A stretch of DNA of 58,470 nucleotides from a virus (lineage: Duplodnaviria > Caudoviricetes). Made by a program: the position numbers and the translations under genes. Positions 47,504-55,758 of the stretch are shown piece by piece. Below the pieces are notes generated by a model, which saw only the letters and a list, made by a program, of their open reading frames with translations, ran no database searches and was not told the DNA's origin. The stretch spans positions 1-58,470 of the IMG/VR virus record IMGVR_UViG_3300042397_002506. One strand, given 5' to 3'. Position 1 is the first letter of the stretch. Each line of letters begins with the position of its first letter.

Positions 47504-47532
47504 ATTATACACTGTTTTTCAGTGATTGTCAA
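47504..47532 (-). promoter_or_regulatory. Early sigma70 promoter
   Basis: TTGACA-N17-TATAAT, perfect consensus. Confidence 0.85.
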
Positions 47533-47535
47533 CAG

Positions 47536-48678
47536 TTAATCTTCACGTTTTCCTGTACCCCAGTCAATTACAACTGGAAACCGTGGGATACCATCTGGTG
47601 TTGGTGTGAAGTACCTCAGAGTGGCCCAGGAAGGCACTTCTTTACTCTCAAACATAGTAGCCATAGTCTCCTGTGTTCCGCGTACTCCAGCACCAAACTG
47701 GGTGCCTCCAGGAAGGGCCAGAATGAACCGTTTAATGTGTCCAGACCAGTTACCCTTACCTTCTTCTACAGCCACTACTGGGAACTCATCTGTAAGGAAT
47801 TCTTTACGTTTAATGAGTGATTTTGAGCGTTTATTTTGCTCGTAAACTGTATTCTTTCGTATCATTTGTCCTTCATATCCGTCTTGCAGATATTCACCAT
47901 AAATGGCATCAAGTTTTTCACGATGTGAAATAATGTCAGTGTTTACGACCTTAACAAAAGTATTAAATTTCTGGCTGCGAAGCCACTTCCATCGATCGAT
48001 AAAGAGTACATCTTCGACTTCTTCTGGCACTTCTACTACGTCATATGTGTGGTATTGCACCAATTGCTTTGCTTCTGCAATATCTTCTGCGGTTGGTTTA
48101 GTTTTACGAACCAAAGAAGTAATCTTATTGAAGTCATCTTTAAGATCGTGGTTGTATAGTTCACCATCGAGAATAGCATCTGGATACTTTTCAAAGAATC
48201 CTTTAAGTGCTTCTTCAATATGCGGAACTGCTACAATTTCTTTTCCAGCACGAGACCACAAACCATCGATACGAGCAATACAACGAATGCCGTCTAGTTT
48301 TGGCTGAGAATAATACACTTCTTTTTCGAAGTTGTAATCAACGTCCTCGTGCTTAATAGCAAGCATTGGTTTAATCTTTTCAAATGTATCAATATTTGAA
48401 AGCGATTCGAAGTAACCACGTTCTCTTTTCTTGCTAAACTCAGCTTGCATTTCTGCACGAGCTTGTTTTTGTAGAGAAGTTTCGTTAGCTTTACCAACGT
48501 TCTTTTGCTCTACAATCTTCCATCCTGATTGAACTTTCTTACCGTCATCAAGACCAGAGACTGTGCACCAATACCAGTTAGTGCCATCGGTGCCAGACAT
48601 AGCTTCCCATTCGCGAACTTTACCTTTAGAATCGCGTTTGAATAGTTGGCAAGTATGTTCTTGTACTTCGATTTTCAT
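47536..48678 (-). CDS. ATP-dependent DNA ligase
   Basis: PMLA, QPKLDGIRC (KxDGxR), LDGELY, EG.MIR, KRS..L.K.K, PRFPV. Confidence 0.92.
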   Translation of the reverse strand: MKIEVQEHTCQLFKRDSKGKVREWEAMSGTDGTNWYWCTVSGLDDGKKVQSGWKIVEQKNVGKANETSLQKQARAEMQAEFSKKRERGYFESLSNIDTFEKIKPMLAIKHEDVDYNFEKEVYYSQPKLDGIRCIARIDGLWSRAGKEIVAVPHIEEALKGFFEKYPDAILDGELYNHDLKDDFNKITSLVRKTKPTAEDIAEAKQLVQYHTYDVVEVPEEVEDVLFIDRWKWLRSQKFNTFVKVVNTDIISHREKLDAIYGEYLQDGYEGQMIRKNTVYEQNKRSKSLIKRKEFLTDEFPVVAVEEGKGNWSGHIKRFILALPGGTQFGAGVRGTQETMATMFESKEVPSWATLRYFTPTPDGIPRFPVVIDWGTGKRED

Positions 48679-49103
48679 TACAGTTTACCTTCTTCACGGA
48701 GTTGTGCCCGAATTTTAGTAGCAGAAATACTATGAATTGCTTCACCAAGATCATGTTGTGTAAATGTATATCCTACACCACGACCATAACTAATGTCAAC
48801 AATGTTTGGTACCACAAGGATAATATATTCGAAGCCATTATTAAAACCTTCTTTTGCAAGGCCGGCTTCAATGTTCTCGACTACTTGGATTTCATTAAAA
48901 GGATTATCATCTTGTTTTACTGTGCGGCCGGCACCAGCATCTTGTCCAACAATACCGCCAACATCTCGAATCATAATAGCTACTTGACCTGTTACAGCAA
49001 GAGCCTTTTTAAACAACTCAGTATGTCCATCATGCCAAGGTTGCCACCTGCCCAACATTTGTGTGGTAGGCTTTTTATAATCAAACATAGGTTTATCGTA
49101 CAT
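48678..49103 (-). CDS. HIGH-motif nucleotidyltransferase-like protein
   Basis: GRWQPWHDGH, NPF, YGRGVGY, ISATKIR. Confidence 0.75.
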   Translation of the reverse strand: MYDKPMFDYKKPTTQMLGRWQPWHDGHTELFKKALAVTGQVAIMIRDVGGIVGQDAGAGRTVKQDDNPFNEIQVVENIEAGLAKEGFNNGFEYIILVVPNIVDISYGRGVGYTFTQHDLGEAIHSISATKIRAQLREEGKL

Positions 49104-49320
49104 CTTCTTTACCTTTCAATCCAATTTTAATATAATTGTACCATACTCGTTCATGAATGTAATATAGTACTGTGTTAACAACAACTTGAGCAACACCGAT
49201 AGTACCAGCAATGCCAAAACTGCCTGTCATCAAATAAGCAATTAAGAATGTAGCTGATGAACCTGTAATTCGCCAAGTGATAGTTTTGACAATGTGCCGT
49301 GTTTTAGTTACTTCACTCAT
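49093..49320 (-). CDS. DUF2061-like small membrane protein
   Basis: R...KT.TWR......TF, YY.HERVW. Confidence 0.75.
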   Translation of the reverse strand: MSEVTKTRHIVKTITWRITGSSATFLIAYLMTGSFGIAGTIGVAQVVVNTVLYYIHERVWYNYIKIGLKGKEDVR

Positions 49321-49747
49321 TATCGTTTCGCTTCATAAATGATGAAAGAACTTTTAGCAATTGCACGTGGGTATCATCAAACCATGCAGATACTTCATAA
49401 TCAACGTCTGCTGGGTCTGGTTTAACAAACATTTTATTCGTATCTTCGAATCGACCTGCATCAATTGTATTCATCCAGATTGTGTAGTCAGCTCCAAACT
49501 CATCACGAGCTTGTTTAGTAGGAGCTACAAAATCCGTGACTACGATCTTTCCAGCTTTTACAACACCATCACTTAAGTATTTCATTCGCATTGCTTGACG
49601 CATACGACCTTCTGGTGTAAAGTCCCAATCATTATAATGTGTGCGTACTTCATCGGCATTGATATGAATCCCGCCGAGAAGTTCAGCCAATGGTTTTGCC
49701 AAAGTAGTTTTTCCACTACCTGGCAATCCAAAGATAAGAATCTTCAT
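49313..49747 (-). CDS. Adenylylsulfate-kinase-like P-loop kinase
   Basis: GLPGSGKTT Walker A, NADEVR...DWDF..EGR.RQA, DFVAP. Confidence 0.75.
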   Translation of the reverse strand: MKILIFGLPGSGKTTLAKPLAELLGGIHINADEVRTHYNDWDFTPEGRMRQAMRMKYLSDGVVKAGKIVVTDFVAPTKQARDEFGADYTIWMNTIDAGRFEDTNKMFVKPDPADVDYEVSAWFDDTHVQLLKVLSSFMKRNDNE

Positions 49748-49773
49748 GTTTTATTTTCCCTTAAAAAGACGGC

Positions 49774-50730
49774 TTACGCCGCCTCCGCCATTTCGATGGC
49801 CATATCCAACGCTTCAACTTTACGTTTTGCATTGGTACCAAACCAAGCAGAAGTCATACGCGTATCTGCACTACGACCCAACTTGTGATCAGCCATAAAG
49901 GTGACTGCATTGTAAGCATTCCACCATGTACCTGGGCGGAAGTTATCGCCTGGCTGATTTTCTACGTATTCCATAGCCTGTTCTGCAGTACGAGACAGTA
50001 CTTTGTTTTCGCGAGTAGATTCGCCGAACACTTTACCGAAGAAGCGCTCAAGCTGAGCACGGTCGTATCGCTTAGAGCCAAGGAATTCTGCAGCTTCTTT
50101 GAACTTCTCAACTTTGTTGTGTGACAAGCCAAGAATTTCTTTAACTTTATTTGCATCAAACTTTGAACGGTGGTTAACTCGCAAAGAAGGTTGACCTTTT
50201 TCGTTAAGAGCAACAGCCAATGTGTTATTGCAAACAACTCGTTCCATTACGAACTTAATGTCGATTGCTTTACCGTATTGATGTGGGTTAGAGAACAGCA
50301 AGTAACCTTTAACTTCGTCACCGCCAAACAGAGAGAAGCCATCACGAACGTCTGCAAGAGCCCAGACAATCTGTCCATCTTTCAAGGAGCCAGCTGTATC
50401 CATGATCATGTCGCCAGCGCTTACGAAGTCTGTAAAGAAGTCAAAAGCTTCTGCGTTTTGCACTGGATTCCAACCAGGTCCAACTTGCGTAAGAATTTTA
50501 CCATCATTAGAACGCACCAGAGCTTGCTGGCCGGTCTTAATAGTGTCACCCTTATAGCGAATAAAGGTATCAACTTTCTCAACATCCCAATCCAATCCAG
50601 CAGCTTTCATCATCTCTGGTGGAGTCATTTCATCGTTAACAGGAGTACCGAGACCGTGCCAAGGTTTACCTTTAGATTCGCGGTAAGCCATTTGAGCAAC
50701 GCCATTTACAAATTCAAGTTCGTGAGCCAT
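49774..50730 (-). CDS. DUF932 family protein
   Basis: PWHGLG, AGLDW.V, VQN.EAF.FF, TAGSL..G..VW.LA, RVVCNNTL, W.AYNAVT...DH. Confidence 0.85.
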   Translation of the reverse strand: MAHELEFVNGVAQMAYRESKGKPWHGLGTPVNDEMTPPEMMKAAGLDWDVEKVDTFIRYKGDTIKTGQQALVRSNDGKILTQVGPGWNPVQNAEAFDFFTDFVSAGDMIMDTAGSLKDGQIVWALADVRDGFSLFGGDEVKGYLLFSNPHQYGKAIDIKFVMERVVCNNTLAVALNEKGQPSLRVNHRSKFDANKVKEILGLSHNKVEKFKEAAEFLGSKRYDRAQLERFFGKVFGESTRENKVLSRTAEQAMEYVENQPGDNFRPGTWWNAYNAVTFMADHKLGRSADTRMTSAWFGTNAKRKVEALDMAIEMAEAA

Positions 50731-50757
50731 AATATAAGTCCTGTGGTTTAAAAATTA

Positions 50758-50786
50758 ATTATACATCGTTTGAGAACGAATGTCAA
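50758..50786 (-). promoter_or_regulatory. Early sigma70 promoter (repeat family)
   Basis: TTGACA-N17-TATAAT. Confidence 0.85.
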
Positions 50787-50791
50787 CTGTT

Positions 50792-51022
50792 TTAGACGTA
50801 AAAGTCTGTGTCAAATTCGAGAGCAGTGTAGACACATTCGCGAACTGCAGTGTCAGTAGCTTCGCCGAAGTCTTCTGGAAAGCGCTTAGCAAGATCGCTA
50901 AGTTCTTGCAGAACTTGTGGCCATGTTAGCTTAAGCGTTTTAGCACCGCGAACAATGGCATCTACAGCATCGTTACCGAAGTCTGTATACATAGCGTAAT
51001 CTGGAGTTTCACATTTAATCAT
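50792..51022 (-). CDS. Hypothetical early protein
   Basis: Has its own promoter and AAGGA SD; EATDTAVRE motif. Confidence 0.75.
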   Translation of the reverse strand: MIKCETPDYAMYTDFGNDAVDAIVRGAKTLKLTWPQVLQELSDLAKRFPEDFGEATDTAVRECVYTALEFDTDFYV

Positions 51023-51051
51023 TTCTGATCCTTTGTTTTGTTGTATGATTA

Positions 51052-51080
51052 ATTATACATCATTTAAGAACGAATGTCAA
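51052..51080 (-). promoter_or_regulatory. Early sigma70 promoter (repeat family)
   Basis: TTGACA-N17-TATAAT. Confidence 0.85.
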
Positions 51081-51087
51081 CTGTTTT

Positions 51088-51357
51088 TTAGTCTGCAGAA
51101 AATTCGTACATTTCTTTGGCAGCAACAGGGTCCAACCGAGCCAACTCTTTTGCTGCAGCAGTCAACGCTTTGTAGCGAGTTTGCACTTGGCTGCGGCTTA
51201 ATTCGCCATCACAAGTAAGATTTTCTGGACTGAGATCCGAATCGATGCTTCTTGCAATACTTTTGCGATCTTCAGAATTTTGCAAACTCAATTGCTTTCC
51301 TTTGAAGATTTTAGCCCAAGCGTTTTTGCGATCTACGTAAGTTGTCAATGCACTCAT
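51088..51357 (-). CDS. Hypothetical early protein
   Basis: Has its own promoter and SD; LSPENLTCDGE motif. Confidence 0.75.
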   Translation of the reverse strand: MSALTTYVDRKNAWAKIFKGKQLSLQNSEDRKSIARSIDSDLSPENLTCDGELSRSQVQTRYKALTAAAKELARLDPVAAKEMYEFSAD

Positions 51358-51386
51358 TTTATATCCTTTGTTTCGTTGTATGATTA

Positions 51387-51415
51387 ATTATACATCATTT
51401 CAGATCAAATGTCAA
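51387..51415 (-). promoter_or_regulatory. Early sigma70 promoter (repeat family)
   Basis: TTGACA-N17-TATAAT. Confidence 0.85.
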
Positions 51416-51797
51416 CTGTTTGTTGAACATTTTCTAAATTAATTGCAACTTCTTCGAATCCAACATTTTTGTTTTTGCAGAAGAACCAAGCTTCGCCATC
51501 GAAAAGGTAAAGATAGTCTACACCGTAATCATCAAATCCAGCTTTCATGTATTCGATAACGCTAGCGTAATTCACAGCTTCATCAGAATTAGCAGATTTT
51601 TGCTTCGATTCTTCGTAATCTGCACCGAGACATGAAATGTATCCACCAGTAGCTATGTTAGCTGCATTCCAAGTGTTATTGTGCGACTTAACTAAAGTAG
51701 CACCAACACCATCGAGATAACCATCATAATGGCAATAAGAAGCAGTAACTGAACCATCTTCTGCGTCGTAAATACCAATCAATGAACGAGTACCCAT
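51405..51797 (-). CDS. Hypothetical early protein (MGTRS.IG...YCHYDGY type)
   Basis: ATG at 51797 after an AAGGA SD; YCHYDGY..GVG..L and Y.YLFDG..W motifs. Confidence 0.75.
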   Translation of the reverse strand: MGTRSLIGIYDAEDGSVTASYCHYDGYLDGVGATLVKSHNNTWNAANIATGGYISCLGADYEESKQKSANSDEAVNYASVIEYMKAGFDDYGVDYLYLFDGEAWFFCKNKNVGFEEVAINLENVQQTVDI

Positions 51798-51825
51798 TTT
51801 AGTTCCTTTTTTCAATCTATGATTA

Positions 51826-51854
51826 ATTATACATCATTTCAGAACAAATGTCAA
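51826..51854 (-). promoter_or_regulatory. Early sigma70 promoter (repeat family)
   Basis: TTGACA-N17-TATAAT. Confidence 0.85.
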
Positions 51855-51861
51855 CTCTTTT

Positions 51862-52194
51862 TTAAAGAGAATTCAAAGCAGGTTTCATAGTTGCAATCAG
51901 TTCACGTTCTCTAGCATGAGCAGACGTTTTGCCACGTACAACTTCTAGCAAGTAAGGAGTAAACTTTTCACATCCATGTGTACGAAGTGCTTCGCACAAG
52001 TTCCATTTCCAAGTGTCTGTATTAGCACGGCTAACGTGAGAGTTAAACCGTTTACGTACAGAATTCAATGCAGAACCAGAACAAACAGTAACTCCAATGT
52101 AGCTTTCGCCAGTTGCTTCGCAAAACAATTCGTAAATTGCATGGTTGCGATCTGTTCTACGCTTACGTTTGGTAGTATTGTTTGTTCCGTTCAT
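51862..52194 (-). CDS. Stand-alone GIY-YIG domain protein
   Basis: AIY....TGESYIG.T...R...H...E..LI....P.LN. Confidence 0.75.
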   Translation of the reverse strand: MNGTNNTTKRKRRTDRNHAIYELFCEATGESYIGVTVCSGSALNSVRKRFNSHVSRANTDTWKWNLCEALRTHGCEKFTPYLLEVVRGKTSAHARERELIATMKPALNSL

Positions 52195-52200
52195 GTATTA

Positions 52201-52229
52201 ATTATACATCAATTCAGAACAAGTGTCAA
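52201..52229 (-). promoter_or_regulatory. Early sigma70 promoter (repeat family), probably leaderless transcript
   Basis: TTGACA-N17-TATAAT-N6-ATG with no SD. Confidence 0.8.
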
Positions 52230-52240
52230 CTGTTTTAGCT

Positions 52241-52335
52241 AAAGTGTGTCAAAAAAGATACACTTTTTGCAAAAATATGCTCATTTTTTAGTGTAAACGA
52301 TCGTTTACACCTAATCTGTAAACAATAATTTACAG
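52241..52335. promoter_or_regulatory. Palindrome cluster: three TGT-N12-ACA sites, two of them TGTAAA-N6-TTTACA
   Basis: Sites at 52245-52262, 52292-52309 (within the perfect 20-bp palindrome 52291-52310) and 52317-52334. Confidence 0.6.
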
Positions 52336-52336
52336 T

Positions 52337-52687
52337 TTAATGTATGGTATCACTTGGAGTTGGTAGAGCATCAATCATACCCCAAGCATATTCTCCATAG
52401 CCAGATTTAACAATATCAACAACATCTACGTATGGATCGTTATTGTTTTCATCTTGAACGCTAGCAACAAAAGATTCTGGAAACCTCTTTCCAATATACA
52501 ATTTTCTGTATTCTAGAGCGTCTTTCTCTGTAAAAAAGCCAACGGCTTTAACAATATCGAATATATTATTAGATGAAAAAAGCGCAAGTATTCTTGGACT
52601 TTGAATTTCGCCGTCAACGCTAAGTCCATGATTTTTTGTAGTACCAAGAAATATTCCTTCAGTAGGATGTATGATAATATATTTCAT
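52337..52687 (-). CDS. Hypothetical protein
   Basis: 116-aa ORF, co-oriented in the operon. Confidence 0.7.
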   Translation of the reverse strand: MKYIIIHPTEGIFLGTTKNHGLSVDGEIQSPRILALFSSNNIFDIVKAVGFFTEKDALEYRKLYIGKRFPESFVASVQDENNNDPYVDVVDIVKSGYGEYAWGMIDALPTPSDTIH

Positions 52688-52690
52688 ATA

Positions 52691-52885
52691 TCATTCTTCG
52701 TTATACTTCATTAACTCAAGTTGACCATTTTCGTCTTTACGAGTTTTAATATATCCATCGGCTATCAATCTATCGACAGTAGTTTCAATAATAGTAATTG
52801 CCATATCTTTCTGAGATGGTCTAAAAGACATGCCGACAAATGTATAAACAATTGCCGTAATAAGTAACCAAACTTCTGTAATCAC
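52691..52885 (-). CDS. Small membrane-anchored hypothetical protein
   Basis: GTG at 52885 overlaps the upstream TGA, AAGGA SD; hydrophobic N-terminal segment. Confidence 0.6.
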   Translation of the reverse strand: MITEVWLLITAIVYTFVGMSFRPSQKDMAITIIETTVDRLIADGYIKTRKDENGQLELMKYNEE

Positions 52886-53451
52886 GCAGCTATTCCTTTG
52901 TATCCTTCCCACCAGCTTGGAGCTTGCCTGCCTTTAGCCCATTTTGCAAAAGACTTAGCAACATGATAATAGTTACGATATGCTTGTACTGAATCGCCTT
53001 CTACCATGCATTCTGGATAATGCTTCATCGCTTGTGGAAACGCGGTTAATGTGGTATCAGGTATATTTATTGGAGGTGTTCTGAGGACTTCTGTGAGCTT
53101 CTGTGCAGTAAGGTGTTGTTTACCATATCTGAATTCAAACTCAGCACAGAGAGCTACGAAGTGCTTGTAGTGCCACTCGTAATTAGCTTTTGTCTCCATA
53201 GTCCAGACAGTACAAGGATGTGCGTGATGCACAGCATTATACAGCACGCTGTCTAGTGTTGGATTCAGATGCACGTATCCATTCACTGTTCGCTTGCTAG
53301 ATTTAGACGGCTTTCTTTCAAGACGGCCGTCTAGCATGCGATGAGCCGTAGAAAGCATTTGAGCAGCTTCTACAATCATTTTTGGAATGTGCTTGTCGCA
53401 CATCATTTGAGCTGCTTCTGTCGGACATTTAGAAAGAACAAATAAATTCAT
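52882..53451 (-). CDS. Pyrimidine-dimer DNA glycosylase (DenV-related family)
   Basis: MN.F.L..CP..AAQ..CDKH..KM.VE.AQMLSTAH, HPCT.W, EF..RYGK.H, AYR.YY. Confidence 0.7.
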   Translation of the reverse strand: MNLFVLSKCPTEAAQMMCDKHIPKMIVEAAQMLSTAHRMLDGRLERKPSKSSKRTVNGYVHLNPTLDSVLYNAVHHAHPCTVWTMETKANYEWHYKHFVALCAEFEFRYGKQHLTAQKLTEVLRTPPINIPDTTLTAFPQAMKHYPECMVEGDSVQAYRNYYHVAKSFAKWAKGRQAPSWWEGYKGIAA

Positions 53452-53666
53452 TATTTTACCCAGATATGATTATATTTAGTTGGTAGGTTTTCGCAACTGT
53501 AAACAGGATTTTCAAATAAGATTGCCATATAGTTTTGTACTCCAACACATTCTCCTGTTGAGTGACTAAACAGCACATCTGGAATTGCGCTAGAATAATC
53601 GACTATCAAAAGAAATGCTGCTAGAACAACTACAATTGAAACAATATACATTATAGCACTTTTCAT
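53451..53666 (-). CDS. Small membrane-anchored hypothetical protein
   Basis: N-terminal TM helix and two Cys; coupled to neighbours. Confidence 0.65.
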   Translation of the reverse strand: MKSAIMYIVSIVVVLAAFLLIVDYSSAIPDVLFSHSTGECVGVQNYMAILFENPVYSCENLPTKYNHIWVK

Positions 53667-53869
53667 GGTATATCTACTCGTGTTCCTAGTGCAGAAATAA
53701 AGTTATCAAAACTTCCTTCTACATTTATGCCATTGATAACAAGATAACAGTTTTGGCTTCCCCATTGGCTTTCGATAGTCTTGATTTCAGATTCTCTGAA
53801 TGCATAAAGTAAAGGACGCGTTGAGTCTGATACTTTTTGCTTAAATACAAACACTCGTTCGATATTCAT
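53663..53869 (-). CDS. Hypothetical protein
   Basis: 68 aa with ATGA overlaps. Confidence 0.65.
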   Translation of the reverse strand: MNIERVFVFKQKVSDSTRPLLYAFRESEIKTIESQWGSQNCYLVINGINVEGSFDNFISALGTRVDIP

Positions 53870-54093
53870 TTAAAACTCCGTTTAATTTCAATTGCTGCAT
53901 GCTTATAATAGTTATGATTTCCATTAACCTTTTGGTCCATATCTAATAGCTTGAGACAGCATTCGTCAATAACCAGCTCGGCGAACTTTTCTTTACTGAA
54001 GTGCTCAGTATATTGTGTAGTGTCGAACCCTCTACCCCATATCTCCTCAAAGGTAGTAGCCTGTTCGATCAGTTCTTTAATTCGTTCGTTCAT
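53866..54093 (-). CDS. MNERIKEL-family small protein (copy 1)
   Basis: MNERIKELIEQAT...EKFAELVIDEC. Confidence 0.7.
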   Translation of the reverse strand: MNERIKELIEQATTFEEIWGRGFDTTQYTEHFSKEKFAELVIDECCLKLLDMDQKVNGNHNYYKHAAIEIKRSFK

Positions 54094-54362
54094 TCTTGGA
54101 CTCCGAAATGTTTTTCAATCAAGGATATGTCATCAATACATTGATTTGAACGAATTTCATATTCCTCAGCCGAGTCCCAATTGTCTTCGTCCGAATACAA
54201 TCCAGACAATCTTTCCGATTCATCAAATAAAGCCGCGGTACATTCTGCCACAATCAACTCGGCGAACTTTTCCATATCTAATTCGCTACCAATCCAATAA
54301 CCATATTGATCTTTAATATCAATAGTAGCCTGTTCGGCAAGTTCTTTAATTCGTTCGTTCAT
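54090..54362 (-). CDS. MNERIKEL-family small protein (copy 2)
   Basis: Start at ATG 54362; MNERIKELAEQAT...EKFAELIVAEC...EKHFGV. Confidence 0.7.
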   Translation of the reverse strand: MNERIKELAEQATIDIKDQYGYWIGSELDMEKFAELIVAECTAALFDESERLSGLYSDEDNWDSAEEYEIRSNQCIDDISLIEKHFGVQE

Positions 54363-54363
54363 T

Positions 54364-54630
54364 TCACCACTCCACGATTGTGTACATGTCCACAAATTGT
54401 CGTTCTTCGTAAAAGAAACGAACAGTGTAACCTTCACCTTCAAGAATCATGCGGGCTTGTTTGTAGTCTTTGCTACCAGCATAACCTTGATGCGCCCACC
54501 AGTCGTGCAGTACGACTCGGCGTTGCTTTTTTTCTGCGGCTTCACGAATTAGTGGATACACTGCCACCACACGTTCTTCAACTGTGGGTCCTGCAAGTTC
54601 ACGGGCTTCATGTGCTGTGATTTTGGTCAT
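54364..54630 (-). CDS. Hypothetical protein
   Basis: 88 aa; L...GY.V.FFYEERQFVDMYT...W. Confidence 0.7.
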   Translation of the reverse strand: MTKITAHEARELAGPTVEERVVAVYPLIREAAEKKQRRVVLHDWWAHQGYAGSKDYKQARMILEGEGYTVRFFYEERQFVDMYTIVEW

Positions 54631-54839
54631 TCTTTAACTCCGAAATGTTCAAATAATATCTTGTAAACGACTGAACTACCATGAGAATAATTGTCGTTTA
54701 CAACATTAGCACATTCTCTAACAATCAACTCGGCGAATTCTTTATCATAATCTGATCGGCGACCAAAAGAAGAATTCGGATTCCTTGCCAAATGATTTTT
54801 ATAAGCAATGTCCGAAAGTTCTTGAATTTGTTCGTTCAT
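54627..54839 (-). CDS. MNERIKEL-family small protein (copy 3)
   Basis: MNEQIQEL...KEFAELIVREC...EHFGVKE. Confidence 0.7.
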   Translation of the reverse strand: MNEQIQELSDIAYKNHLARNPNSSFGRRSDYDKEFAELIVRECANVVNDNYSHGSSVVYKILFEHFGVKE

Positions 54840-54901
54840 ATTATTTTCCCAAATAATGTACAATTATTGTTGGTCCAACAAGACAAATTAATGCGAGCAA
54901 C

Positions 54902-55111
54902 TCAATCATCTACAGTGCCTCCAAAATAAGCAATCAGCAATTTCAGTGCAGGGATATACTTAACTGTATTGTTGTAATAATCCTCTGGATGCAACCATGC
55001 TCCATCTTCAACGTGTGCACGAGTTTCTTCGATTAAATATTTTAGTTGATCTTGCATGCAAGCTACTGCAATACCATCTGCAACTTCATGTGGAATAGTA
55101 AGGTTACTCAT
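54902..55111 (-). CDS. Hypothetical protein
   Basis: 69 aa; WLHPED...YFGG. Confidence 0.65.
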   Translation of the reverse strand: MSNLTIPHEVADGIAVACMQDQLKYLIEETRAHVEDGAWLHPEDYYNNTVKYIPALKLLIAYFGGTVDD

Positions 55112-55371
55112 TTGTCAACTCCAAAATGATCTTTGCTTTTATCAATCAATTTTTCAAAGTGATCGATCTTACCTTGATGCCAACTGAAATCAAAGTTATT
55201 GCAAGCTGTCGACTGATATCCTTTAACAAGATCTATTTCAGTTTGAAGAATATCGATGAATTCGAGAGTAATCGCTTCGAGAAGTTTCTCGACGTGATCA
55301 ACGCCCATCCATTTGCCGCTGGTATCTGTGCCAGCGTGCTTCATTAGTTCTTTGATTTTATCTTTGTTCAT
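55108..55371 (-). CDS. MNERIKEL-family small protein (divergent copy 4)
   Basis: MNKDKIKELM...EKLLE.I..E...KDHFGVDK. Confidence 0.65.
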   Translation of the reverse strand: MNKDKIKELMKHAGTDTSGKWMGVDHVEKLLEAITLEFIDILQTEIDLVKGYQSTACNNFDFSWHQGKIDHFEKLIDKSKDHFGVDK

Positions 55372-55463
55372 GGCTTCATTACGAAAAGAAAGTATGCAAA
55401 CATTGGACCACCGAAAAGCAATGCTGCGATGGCGGCTTGAAAGAGTTCTTTAACAAATTTCAT
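55368..55463 (-). CDS. 31-aa hydrophobic peptide (below the ORF-track cut-off)
   Basis: MKFVKELFQAAIAALLFGGPMFAYFLFVMKP; AAGGA SD; its TGA overlaps the next ATG. Confidence 0.65.
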   Translation of the reverse strand: MKFVKELFQAAIAALLFGGPMFAYFLFVMKP

Positions 55464-55490
55464 GATGTAATCCTTGTTGATATAGATATA

Positions 55491-55733
55491 TTATAACACA
55501 AATTCAGCGTTTTGTATCATTTCTTGTATAACAAATTTAGCTTCTGGAACAGATTTGCATCTGTCGCCGTTAACTTTTATATTACGATTGTTAACAATAT
55601 CGATTTCAAATTGTCCTGCTTGAAGGGACCATTTTTCAGGCGTTTTTGTCTTTGTTGGGCGAGTACCCGTAGCAAAAAATAGCGTATCTGTGAGTTCGTC
55701 AGAAGCTAGTTTGCGTAGAAACTGCATGTTCAT
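55491..55733 (-). CDS. Hypothetical early protein
   Basis: Has its own promoter and AGGA SD; 80 aa. Confidence 0.7.
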   Translation of the reverse strand: MNMQFLRKLASDELTDTLFFATGTRPTKTKTPEKWSLQAGQFEIDIVNNRNIKVNGDRCKSVPEAKFVIQEMIQNAEFVL

Positions 55734-55758
55734 AATGTATTCCTGTTGATATAGATAT

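Noticed and set aside
50758-52229. CRISPR array or IS ends
   Set aside because: The repeats are sigma70 promoters separated by whole genes; no cas or transposase gene.
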